Below are positions 11,301 to 21,455 of a stretch of DNA of 64,000 bases, piece after piece. Position 1 is the stretch's first letter. The number at the start of each line of letters is the position of its first letter. A program made the translations under genes and the position numbers. The notes beneath the pieces are model-generated. The model was given only the letters and a program-made list of their open reading frames with translations, ran no database searches and was not told the origin of the DNA. The stretch is from Auanema rhodensis (taxonomy: Eukaryota > Animalia > Nematoda), in contig OZ059899.1 of NCBI GenBank assembly GCA_964057225.1, positions 9,052,001 through 9,116,000 on the forward strand. Direction: 5' to 3'.

Positions 11301-13155
11301 AAAATGCATCTCTATTACGTAGAATACAAAGCTGAAGAAGATCTTTTTGTTCTTTAGTTAGGTCGGCGTCTTTTAAATCAAGATCGTTCATAAAATCCTG
11401 AGGAAAATGAGGTAATTTATTTTCCCAATCCGCTTCGGGTGGTATATAGTCTGGATTGTGTTCGGTCGTAAAGATCTCGTATTGTGGCAGTACGCCTATT
11501 TTTGCTTTGTCAATAATGTTTCCGGGTGATAGATCTATAGGATGATCAGTGTTGTTTTTGAATGGCATGGTAATTGAATTGACGTCTCGAAATGCTGTTT
11601 CGTAGGTGGTAGATATCGTCTTTTCTTCATCGGGTTGTAGCACGGCGACTTCGTTGTGTGATATGGGTTCAGCTAACCTTACTGGTATTCTACAGGTCTG
11701 ATGAGGAAAGATACATTGTGGATTTAAATTTATCAAATTAATGACAAATGATGTTTTTCTGATATTCCCGTTATTTCCATTGGCTAACGGTACTACGCGG
11801 TTTCCGATTTCTAACGTTTGTTTGAATGGTCGAAGTTTCATACCGATATTTTGACGATCGAGTGTTTTCATAAAATCTAATCCAATTAATGCTGGTGATG
11901 GACAGTCTTCATCTCTTGAAATGAAGAATGTATGATCTATTTCATATCCAGCGATTTCTACGGTTAAATCAATTGTTCCCAGAAATCGAAATGCTGATCC
12001 GTTTGCTGTCGTCGCAACAGATTTATCCTTTTTTACAAAATCATTCAAAGTTAAGTAATGTAATGTCGAGAGTCTGATATAACTAATCGATGATCCTGAA
12101 TCCCAAAGAGTTAAGATTAGTCTATCGTTAACAGTCATCAATAGCAGTGGTAGAGATTGGTCTTTGCGATTGGAAACTGAACAAACTATGGGCATAGCTA
12201 GTGGAACTAAAGTGAGAAACGATGGATAGTACTGTTTCATTATGTTCCTTGGTATTGGCTGATCAGGTTGACTTACTAGCTCTAATGTTTCTTCATATGT
12301 GGGAAGATCGTTGGTTTGATCTCGGAGTTCGATATGCATAACTTGCATGCCTATTGGTTTGAAGAAATATATTTTCGCAACGAAGGCTAGTACGATCAGT
12401 ATAACTACAATAATTGTAATTGCTCCGATAGTGATGAGTGTTTGTTCAATCGTTCCTGCTATTGTATCGACAAATGAATTCCATGTACTTTTGGTGAATT
12501 CGTTGGCTTTGGAGATGTAATCACTACTTTTCTTCAATATGCTGAATGCTGATGATATTTTTGGATCATGATGAATTGTGTGAAGCACGTGATTTTGACG
12601 AATCGATGCTAAACTAGCACCATAAGCAATGGCTGTTGTCATTGAGTACACTCGAGATGATAAGTTGGTGTATAAGTGTGCTCCGGTGAATTTTAATGGT
12701 GTGATCTTTTCATGATGGAGTCCGTCCCGCATGGATATAAGACTGACGTCTACAGTACCATTAATTCCTTTCCATTCACCGTCTGTTGACCATACGTCTG
12801 TTGGTACGTGGTCACAGTTAATTTCTTTACCATGAGGTAATAGGTCTTTCGATCCTGGTGCGGCAAACAGTAATTGTCCTTCTTGTGTTAATACTGGGGT
12901 TTCGAGATAACATGTGCCATTCACAGTGTGATTGTGATATATAGTCTTTTGTAATACTACCGGGCAAACATGTATATGTAATATCTCGCTGCCTACAAAT
13001 CTTGCGGCTATATCTTCTCTTCCCAGTATTGTACGCATAGCTATTGTTGGTTCAATTTGTAAAATTGATCTCCATAATTCAAGATACCTATTTTGGATCT
13101 CACATATTGATTCGTATGACTCTTTAAAATGTTTCTGCAGTTCTTCTTGAATCAT
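8386..13155 (-). CDS. pol: C-terminal half of gB-like Env plus TM, fused to Pol (aspartic protease, RT, RNase H, integrase with GPY/F)
   Basis: CEIQNRYLELW..P..LGREDIAARFVG..C; TM TLITIGAITIIVVILIVLAFVA; LWDSGS; YLDD; SDGS..AERNY..E..TDH..D; H-H-C-C; MDIMGP/TDRG/VER; YDGPF. Confidence 0.92.
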   Translation of the reverse strand: MIQEELQKHFKESYESICEIQNRYLELWRSILQIEPTIAMRTILGREDIAARFVGSEILHIHVCPVVLQKTIYHNHTVNGTCYLETPVLTQEGQLLFAAPGSKDLLPHGKEINCDHVPTDVWSTDGEWKGINGTVDVSLISMRDGLHHEKITPLKFTGAHLYTNLSSRVYSMTTAIAYGASLASIRQNHVLHTIHHDPKISSAFSILKKSSDYISKANEFTKSTWNSFVDTIAGTIEQTLITIGAITIIVVILIVLAFVAKIYFFKPIGMQVMHIELRDQTNDLPTYEETLELVSQPDQPIPRNIMKQYYPSFLTLVPLAMPIVCSVSNRKDQSLPLLLMTVNDRLILTLWDSGSSISYIRLSTLHYLTLNDFVKKDKSVATTANGSAFRFLGTIDLTVEIAGYEIDHTFFISRDEDCPSPALIGLDFMKTLDRQNIGMKLRPFKQTLEIGNRVVPLANGNNGNIRKTSFVINLINLNPQCIFPHQTCRIPVRLAEPISHNEVAVLQPDEEKTISTTYETAFRDVNSITMPFKNNTDHPIDLSPGNIIDKAKIGVLPQYEIFTTEHNPDYIPPEADWENKLPHFPQDFMNDLDLKDADLTKEQKDLLQLCILRNRDAFLNEDKQIGLFKGPVEHSIPLRTDMDIPRPRITRIPIGKQEEVERQVQEMLKQNIIEPSTSLFNSPVVLVKKKDETFRFVTDFRALNNVIRKQTYIIPNISDIVDMAAGSQYFSNFDLVSGFFQIALKKSDRPLTAFTTNTGTYQYRRMPMGLCGAPHTFQTAVRYLLSRCKCRLFVYLDDLLVISDTAEQHLDDIAEILREVKKLGMKIKLKKCAFARPEVKFLGLIVGRDGVKPDPQKVSAIQDYPAPKSPTGVRAFLGMVGFFRKFIKDFAHIASPLYDLTKLDVEFQWNDRSQQAVDTLKRKLIQAPVLKPPRSDRMFIIKSDGSNIAVGAVLLQPEDPNEPLKNLHPIAFASRKLVKAERNYAPIEIEALGLVYALAQFRTYILGSHTICITDHRPLTSLLTRRDLFGRLAKFQLVIQEYDIEIRYREGRLNKVCDALSRYIGDEANDPKPEKQKKTKEIPKAQINFVNVPDIRAIQEDTPWIKRTIAEIEYRAKKNMLSNDRYCVIDNMLYTKPSRKRPHPALILPRESELINKVIEEFHEDPAIGAHHGINKTKEAILRRFCWTNMQTDIAIFVKQCVKCAQRKKDPHAMTVQPMGQFEIPSKPFERIHMDIMGPFPTSKRNNNYVLTIQDSFSKWATTIAIPTIVTDVIIDRFLRNFVYIFGPPNRLITDRGSNFVSKKFEDMCEKLGIKHEPTLPHQKNSNGQVERLHRTLEEGLTHYLNEDVTDWDMYLPKITFALNTITHATTGISPYIALFGKESRMRLDKELFPETLQPEILEEIENTEYIRGERRTIIQENLAKHQETAKRKHDGRQRIEERDIRKGDQVMLAIKAHKPGQKLRKSYDGPFEVINVEGNMVQLKNPFGKIQDVHKDNLKLFERKMDHTIAQNTRSNTTTYDTDDDSNIEIIKVINGNDNYDSTEETEPEDPSDQNWLPPRRNDERNNFEIDKIIVKLCINSLLKNQSY

Positions 13156-13167
13156 AGTTGTAGCATA

Positions 13168-16100
13168 TTACAAATGATCTTGTGCAATTCTGCTTGTTAT
13201 GTTTTGGCGAAACTGTTGTTCGGAGTCAATTTTTGTGGCAATGTATTGAGCATTAGCCTGTACAGACTCTATATCGGTGGCTGTAGGCGTTGATGATGCT
13301 CTATGTTTACGAATCAAGGATATTGGTGTATATGTTGTTTCTTCCATTATTGGAATTTGCTGGTCTTGATGAACAGCATAGAGAATAGTAGTTGGCGGCG
13401 CGCGGGTCGATATTGTTGCGCGCGCGGTTGTCGTTGCGGTTGTATGGCGCGCTGTTGTTTCGGGCTGGGCCATCGATGAAGGCGCGCGCGCGGTAGTTGC
13501 TGCGGCTGCCCGAGGGCTTGTAGATGTTTGCGGCAGTATTGCGGGATCTGTTGTGATCGGCGCCTCACGATCGATTATAGGGAGGGCTGCCATCTCGGAC
13601 GCGCCGCCTGCCGCGTTGCTTGGCGCACGCGTCGTGGTTTGCAACGATTTAAGTTGGATTTTCTCTGTCATTAATCTTTTTAACTGTTCTGATGATATTC
13701 TACTAGATGTATTAGGCAAAATATTATCGTTTAGTAGTGGTAAAAATATTTCCAATAATAAGTCCTTAGAGATGTTGTTGGGCTCTATGAGCTTGGGATG
13801 TGGTCCAATTGGTATTCCAAAATTATTCTTGATGTCATAGAACAATTTATCAGTATCAAGTACAAACATTCGTGAAGATGGAAGGTTTATAAATTTTATG
13901 TCATCAATATCAGCTGCTGTTTTATTTCTTCTAAGCGTAACGAGAGTTTTTAGCTCATGTACAAGGTCAATTGTATCTTTTATAAATTTGCTGTTTCTTT
14001 CTTCTTGATCAGTTAATAATTGTTTCCTTATTGGTGGCATTTTTACGAATGCTTTTAATATTTCTTGTCTTGATGGAACTGTTAATTTTTCTTCAATTAT
14101 AACTGGTGTATTGGCTAAATCAAGAGCAATAGTTTCAGCACGCTCTCGATAAGTGCCTTCTTTTGTACGAATTAACCGATCAAATTCAATAACGGTCAAA
14201 CGATCTGATATTTGTTGAAGAAGTTGCCTGGATGTTAAATAAGATATTCCAACTTTAGTAGCTAAAGCTAATTCTCTTTGAGCAACATATTGTAAAATGG
14301 CTTCGTCTTTATCACGGAAATCATATTGTTTGAGAAAATGTCTTAAAGATTTCTCATAAATTTGAATTTTAAAGAAAAATTCAAAATTTTCACGATGGGC
14401 TATTATCCATTCTTTCAAGGAATATGTAGGGTCTACCATACGTCTTCCTTTAATTAGAGGAATAATTTGTGTAATTCCTGGATTACTCATAAGTGGTCTT
14501 AAAAATGGATATGGGCAAATTCGAAGCGTGTACGTTTCAAAATCTTCAACTTCATTTATTCTATCCTGATCGAATGGGAATGAGCATTTTGTAGAAGTTG
14601 CGCGTTTAGGTCTTTTGAACGGCAATTTCTTAAATTCTCGTTCAATTAGGAGTGTGATATTGTTATCATTAGGATATTTGGGGAATGTTATATAATTTCC
14701 TGATGTTGTATGGAATGCTGGTTGTCTAAAGCAGGATGCAATTGGTTTTGGTGTTATTTTACTTGAAAGGATAAGCGCTGATTGTGTACTTGGAATCAAA
14801 ATAGTTTCTTTGCTTATTATAGCATCGTAGTAATGCATATCGATATAATTACAACGGGAATCCGATGTTTGGGGATCCCATATAATTATTGATGTATTTG
14901 ATTTGCAATTACCATGATGAGCACTACAACCTTCAGTGTTTAGTATTAAATTTGATAATATTGTATCATCAGGCATGCGGGTCATGACTCCGCGCTCTAG
15001 TACTAAACGCGGCCGCTCCTTGCACTCGTCGCCGCTAAACGCGCGCGCCGGATCATAGGAGGGCTCTGGAGTTGCTTGTGCTATACTATCGATTCTCTCC
15101 AGCTCCATGTTATTCCATTTGCGATCGCGAATCGCCTGCCTGCACTCGTGCGCCGCTATAGGCTGCACCCTATCGATTGTTCTGTTTGTGTCGCGGAGGA
15201 ATAACAAATCGCGTACACACAGCTTGTGTACTTCCTTCGAGCAGCGCCACGCGTCCCACTCGTGTGCCGTGTGGTTTCGCGTGTATAGATGGATTTGTGT
15301 ACGTAGCACATGATTTGTTTCTGTTAATTTACATTTCTTTACTACTGGTGGAACTAATAAGGCTCCTCCAGTTGCTTTTGTGCAAATTTGATATGAAGTT
15401 ACACATGGCAGGAAAATTGCTACTGTGATTGCCATTACAACCGTTAGTGATAACGGTGAAAGGGTCACAGAGTTAATTCGTGGTGTGCTTCTATCTCGTC
15501 CTCTTGATTGATCTCTTTGATTGTTAAAATGGACTCTTCTTTGTCCGTTATGTTCATTAGTCCTTCCTCTTCTACTATTGTTTGAAGGATTAAAATTGTT
15601 TGAATGCCAGTTGTTATGAAATCGTCCCGAATTTCGTTCATAATTATTGTTACGGCGATAATTAGCAAAAGAGCCGTTACGATTTTGGTTGTTATTATAT
15701 TTTGAAAAGTTTTTATTTTTCTGATAATTTTGATAATTATGATAATTTTTATTGTTTTGGTTATCACGTGGATAATTACGGTCGAAATTTCGGTTATCTC
15801 GTCTCTCGTTTGTGCGCGCTAAAGGAGCTAGTGCTTTGTTTACAGCATTGACTAGCATGGACTGCGTGTCTGTTGTCTGGTTCATTATCGATTCTTCCCA
15901 GCGAGCGGCCTCAATCGCATCCGTGAAGGATTTCGGCTTCGTTCGAATCACAGCTGGTTTCAGAGTATTTTTCAGTCCTCTGAGGAAAGTTGATCTTAAT
16001 ATGTGATCTTTGTGAGGGTCATCCGTGGCAAAAGCGCTTAGTGCAATCGTTCTCAGTGATTGAGCGTAAGCGTCAATTGTCAGATCCCCTTGGGTTGTAT

Positions 16101-17145
16101 TTTGAAGATTGATCAGCGCGGGGTCCTGATTATATTCAGGACACAGCTTAGATGTTAAAGCTCTTAACAGGTCATTCCATGAACCGGTGGTTTTTAATTG
16201 TTCAGGTACTTGTCTGTACGCTTCTTCCGCTGCTTCGTTTTTAAGAAGCAAAGGTAGAAGGGCTAATCTCTCCGGGATTACCAGACCTACAGCGTTGGCA
16301 AATAGGTTGAATTTAGCCGTGAAATCTCGAAAGTTGCGACTGCCATCATAAGTTGGGCAGTAGGGTGATAACAAGGCTTGCGCTATGGTAGTTTTCCCTG
16401 CCCCAGGTAAAGAAGGTTCAGTTGCCATATTACTTGTACGGGCAGATGGCATTTTTATCACTCTGCCTGTTGTTAATGAGTTCTCAGGCACAGGGGTTGT
16501 GTGTACTGAGCGGCTGGGTTGGTTTGGTGCTTTTGAACTTCCTGCTGTTGTATTTGGTAAAATTGGGGTTGAAGTTTGGTTATCAGTAATAGCAAGATGT
16601 GTATGTTCGGGTGGTTGTATGGGAGATAAATTAATGTTTGGAACCGACGAGTATCTATTCGTGTGGCTGGTGTTCAAGTTTCGATCTTTTGGTGAACGAT
16701 TGAAGAGATCAGAAACTATGTTTTTAAAAGTTTGTAAACCGCCTGCACTAGTAGTGGCTACTGAAGGTGAAACTGTTGGTTCAGGGATGGACAGAGAGAG
16801 AGATGCGTCCGATTTGCTTGAGTTTTTATTTTTATTTTTCTTATTTTTATTTGAATTAGAGGAGCGTACCTTTTAAGCAGTAACTGGTGTTTGTTCTTCC
16901 ACTATGATGGATGTTTCTTCTCCTCCTGGTGGTACGTAATCCTCGTCGCTTAATCGTTCAGTAGGTGAATAAGTGCCTGCACGAGGAGTAAAGAATTTGT
17001 CGGTTTTGTGCTCGGCTTTCTGCTCGTCTTCGATTATAGCGATGCTTTGTGCGCGAGCTCGGCTTCGGGTGAGTGGAGCTGAGTCTCGCAGATCAAAATC
17101 AGTTCGTGTACTGAGAGGTACAGCTGATCGAAATCGCTTATCCAC
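13168..17145 (-). CDS. gag: Gag plus internal signal peptide plus N-terminal part of gB-like Env (in frame with 8386-13155; in-frame TAA at 16873 and 13168)
   Basis: SPYCPTYDGSRNF Gag; N/R-rich region; RINSV then hydrophobic SLTVVMAITVAIFLPCVTS; Cys-rich ectodomain YQIC...; furin-like RPKR; frame checked open 16872-16678. Confidence 0.85.
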
Positions 17146-18539
17146 TTTGGTAGCGCTCTTGGTTTGGAAAAACCTTGAGTGTTTAGTAACGTGGGGGATT
17201 TTGAGACGTTAATGAGTGTTATGGATAAGGAGTTTTGGAAAAGGGGTGAGAAAGCTGTGAGTAACTGGTTTGTATAGTCGGCGTTAAGGAATGAATCTAA
17301 GTTGTGGCCATCAACAGAGATCCGCCTACTACCGTATGAAAATTTGGACTTTGTTCGTTTTCCAATTTAATATTCTTAAATGTATATAATTCAACCAGTT
17401 TGTATATGTTCAAAAATGTTCAGTGCTCACTTGATTGATGCCTGAGCAATCTCATTAGTCCTTATTCCCATTTTTTTTTCTTTTTCTGACGATTCTGATC
17501 TTCTTGGACTCACGAGTGATCGAAAATGCCACGAAAATGGACTTTGGTAAATGTTCAAAGGATTTTAGCGGTTTTCATAATGTACATTCGTAATAGCATT
17601 ACTCTTTTAAGGAAGCAATTTGAAAACGAATGAGTACCGTAGTCCCATCATGATCAGAAATCTAGTTTTAAAATTATGGCTAGGAATAGATGACTAAAGA
17701 TTACAATAACTATATTTAAAGAATTATGGTGTTTAGGAATGAGTCTTATGCTTCAAAACAACAATAACGGTATGAGGAAGGTGACATATAGTAAGGGGAG
17801 AAAATCCAAACTGATATGCTTAAGCCAACACGACCTGATAGACAATCACTAATAATAATTCAGTTCGTAAAATTGTACAGGATTTTTCAGACTATAGCGA
17901 TCTTAAAATTCACTTTTCATAATATTCCTCCCATTTAGGTGAGGTTTCCCGTGTAAATTCAATGCGTTATCAAAATATTTTTGGATGTTAATGGCAAAAA
18001 GTTGTCTGAACAGAAATGTAACGCAAAATAAAATAGTCCTGATCGCAAAATATGAAATAATCTCAATTTGGTGCGCAAAATTGTTTCATCTACAAAAAAT
18101 AAAGAAATAACCGTGGCTATTCTTTCCTCGAAGCCAAAATCAATCGTTAAAAGGAGAAAGTGTGGGCATAAATCTCAATAAAAATATCCTTAGGTGAATT
18201 TGTTCACTAATTCATCCTAGGGTCCTCAAAAATGCTTCGAGTTCGGGTAACAGAGTATTCGATGTTAACAGCAAGGTTATAAAAATTGTTGGGTTCAGAC
18301 AGACAGAAAATTGTGAACAAACGGGAAAATATAACTTCAGTTTCAAAAAATATAAAATCCATTTCCAAAAGGAGTGGTCCTTGCATCTGTTCCCTTTTAA
18401 ACGTTGTTGGCCCCACCGTACTGTGTTAAGACATGGAGTAGATGGTTTAGAGATATAAGAGAATTCAGATTCAATGAATTGTATTAAAAATAACGAAATA
18501 TAAGAGAAAATAGTCAAGAAATCAAGATAAAATGTTCGA

Positions 18540-18552
18540 GGTGGAACCTCCA
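18540..18552 (-). promoter_or_regulatory. tRNA-Gln primer-binding site of the large element
   Basis: Same 13-mer as the small elements. Confidence 0.8.
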
Positions 18553-18889
18553 CGTTCCGTTATGCTCTCACGTCGATCCTATAGACCAATAAAGCCTACA
18601 AGATGAGTGTGATAGTATTCCAGATGTAGCGGTAGATAAAGAGCATAATGGATAAACATAAGACTCGAGAAAGAAAGGTTTATTATGTCTACATGATTAC
18701 AATAAGTTATATAAGTCTACATAAAGATATAAAGTGAAAGAGAGCTAAGAAAGGAAGACCAACCATCCATAGTCATTCCATAAGGCAAAGCTGAAGTCTG
18801 TGTTCCATATGAAGGGCGTGTCGTCCTCTCTCAGCCTCATGTCGTCTGATTCTAACCCGCCTGCTACGTATTGATTTCCGAATGGAACG
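18553..18889 (-). repeat. Putative 5' LTR of the large element (CGTTCC...GGAACG termini)
   Basis: Abuts the PBS; terminal inverted repeat cgttccgtt/aatggaacg; gaaag(g)tttatt polyA-signal context like the small LTRs; no second copy to confirm. Confidence 0.6.
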
Positions 18890-19832
18890 GTTACTTTAAA
18901 GTAATTGTTGTTGTAGCCCTAATAGTTTATAAATGTTCTGATAGCTAATGTATTTCATAACTATGGTCAAGAATAGAATAAATGTTTCGTAATATATTTA
19001 TTGAACAATAAATTTTCATTTAAAATTAGAACATGTGTTAACATTTTGTAAGAGTTTCTTTTTTACAAAGTGTCTGGAAATGTTGTACTTGTAATCGGAT
19101 GTGTACAAGTCTGTTTTTCGCAACAATCCTGCGTTTCCTCAGTAGGATCCAACATTTTGAATTAGTGTTTCATAAACTATAAAAGTAAGAGTGTACCACA
19201 GCTGTTATAATAAGAATATGAATACAATATTAAACGATCCTATTGTAATCTTCCACAATTTTGGATGACAGTTGTTATTGTATAGGGACTTGTCACAAAT
19301 GAGTTGAATTATTGTTAAATATTTGTATTTACGAAATCGAATGCTGTAACAAGTAATTAATAAGCGGTTGGTTTACAGGTTGTTAATCCGGCAACTGTTG
19401 GCGCAATCGGTGTATTTTAGCGCAATTGGCAGCTGTTTGCGCAACAAACTGCTAATTAATGTATAAATGCATATATTTGTTGTAATATATAACAAATAGA
19501 AAAGCCGCATACAGCAGTCAACTGTTTTGTGAAAGAGGCGGAGTGGGTAGAGCTTTACAACAAAGTTTGTATAAAAGGTGGCAAAATTTTTTAGACCGAA
19601 ATTTGCATTTCAGCTCCGCCATCAAGTCGACTCTACGATCCAGCTCTGTCAACAAGTCTACTCTTCGATCCAGCTCCGCCACCAAGTCTTCTCGCCGATC
19701 CACCTCTGCCAACAAGTCGACGATCTGATCCAACGTCAACAGATTGCTGCTAGGACTTTCCTCTACTCTACTTGAACCCTAGACGTAAAAGTTCGTTGTT
19801 GTTTAGGAAAAGCCTCCAATTGGGCTACAAAC

Positions 19833-20426
19833 ATGAAGCGTTCCGCTCTTGTTGATGTAGAGAATATTGTACCTTCGACACCGGAACCGGATGTTCCACG
19901 ACCACCCACACCAGGACCCAACTTTGCTGCCACATTCTTTGGTAAGGTTTTATTTTTGTTATCAATTATTTTTTGTTTAGACACACCAAAAAAGCAGGTA
20001 CAAATCTCAAAGGATAGCTCTCCACAACAGCCTGTAGTTATGAGACCAATATGTCTCTGCAAAACTTGTAGGGATACATTGCAAGTCGTAGACGAGTACC
20101 ACTGTTTCAGCCTCTGTGTCAAGTGTAGAGCGAGGAATGATGCCTTAGGGCTTTTAAAAGTTTTCCGTCATTATAAACCTGAAAATTCAACAATCAATGT
20201 AAGATTATAAAATTATTAATTCTAATTATTATTTTTTCTTTCACAGATGCGTTCTTATTCTAGCATGTCATCAAAACAATTGTTGAATAATATGGGTTAC
20301 ATTGCCATTTATACTGATGAGTCAACTGTCAAGTCTTTTGGTTATAAGCAGAATGTGTTCTACTTTAAATTAAGTCAACAGGCGCTCAACTTGAATATGC
20401 TTATCCGTTTTGATCCATCGTTTTGA
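19833..20426 (+). CDS. D-box/Cys-cluster accessory protein, variant B, 168 aa (exons 19833-19941, 19981-20198, 20247-20426)
   Basis: Same intron positions and phases as variant A; MKRSALVDVEN; CLCKTC..CVKC; open to TGA. Confidence 0.8.
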
Positions 20427-20721
20427 CTACAACAAGCACAAACTGTTTAATGGACAGTTGGTTGATTTTGTTATGTTATATTTAAATTTTCTTAGCCGTA
20501 ACATTTTTTTCCAGCTCTTGAAGTTTGAAATTATCCATCAACAGCCGACTCTCTAACCAACTGGTAAGCATTGAAAATTTAAATATTAATCAGTTTATAA
20601 TTATAGGTTATATCATTGTCTTGGCTTTTATGTTTTGCTGGTTTTTTATTGTTACAATAAGAACGATTGATCAAATAAATCATTTATTATTAATACAATT
20701 GTTTACAACAACAGTGAAAAA

Positions 20722-21455
20722 TTATACATTTAAATTTTCTGCATCTATCCATTCATTAAAGTTGTCGGGATAGCCACTCCATTTTACAAATACTTGACGT
20801 TTACCGCTTCGAGTACGCTCTTTTAAAACTTTTTCTATATAGTACTGGTTGCTTTTATTAGTAGCCAACACAAGTTCAGGCTCATAGAATATTCCCTTTA
20901 TACGTTCACCATTATAATCTACAAGTTTATACACGGTTGGGTTCCCGGCTACAATCTCATCAATTGTGAATAGTTCCATTGTATATCCAGACTCGTAACT
21001 TTTTTCAAAAGTACGCCTGTTCTTGCTTATGCGAACATTATCACCAATTTTGAATCGGTTGCGAACAGCTGGTGCATATTCTTCAACGAATATATTTGCT
21101 GTAACATCTACGGGGCGCATTTTAATCGACCGATTATAAGATTTGTTTATTCCTTCGACCAAGTCATCTAGTATATCAATCCATCGATGATTATTCTTGT
21201 AATAGAGATATTTCATCATGCGCGTTTTTAAAGTTCTATTTGCTCGCTCCACCATTGCCGCCTTTTGTGGTGAACTTGTTGATCCATGCAGTATGGCAAA
21301 TTTTTCGAATAGTTTTTCACAATGACTATTATAAAACTCTGCACCGTTATCCGTTATTAGTTGGATTGGTATAAAATCCTTGAATACATTTTCAAATGCA
21401 GTAGCAACCTCTAAACCACCTTTAGTTTTCAAAGGCATAACATATAACATGCGTG
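20722..21455 (-). pseudogene. 3' part of host Maverick integrase (5' part at 37087-37334), interrupted by insertion
   Basis: ITDNG, VERANRTLK, C-terminal chromodomain; resumes after TSD at 37093. Confidence 0.9.

Larger units (their letters stand above)
8386..18889 (-). mobile_element. Env-bearing Ty3/Gypsy (Metaviridae-like) LTR retrotransposon, gag-env-pol order; 3' LTR not found
   Basis: PR-RT-RH-IN domain order, PBS at 18540-18552, putative 5' LTR 18553-18889. Confidence 0.9.

Noticed and set aside
13168-13170. Alternative genetic code (TAA=Gln)
   Set aside because: Intact Maverick genes (MCP, polB, ATPase, integrase) terminate with TAA at the expected positions
18540-18552. tRNA fragment as a phage-type att site
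   Set aside because: Position abutting LTRs in three places identifies it as a primer-binding site
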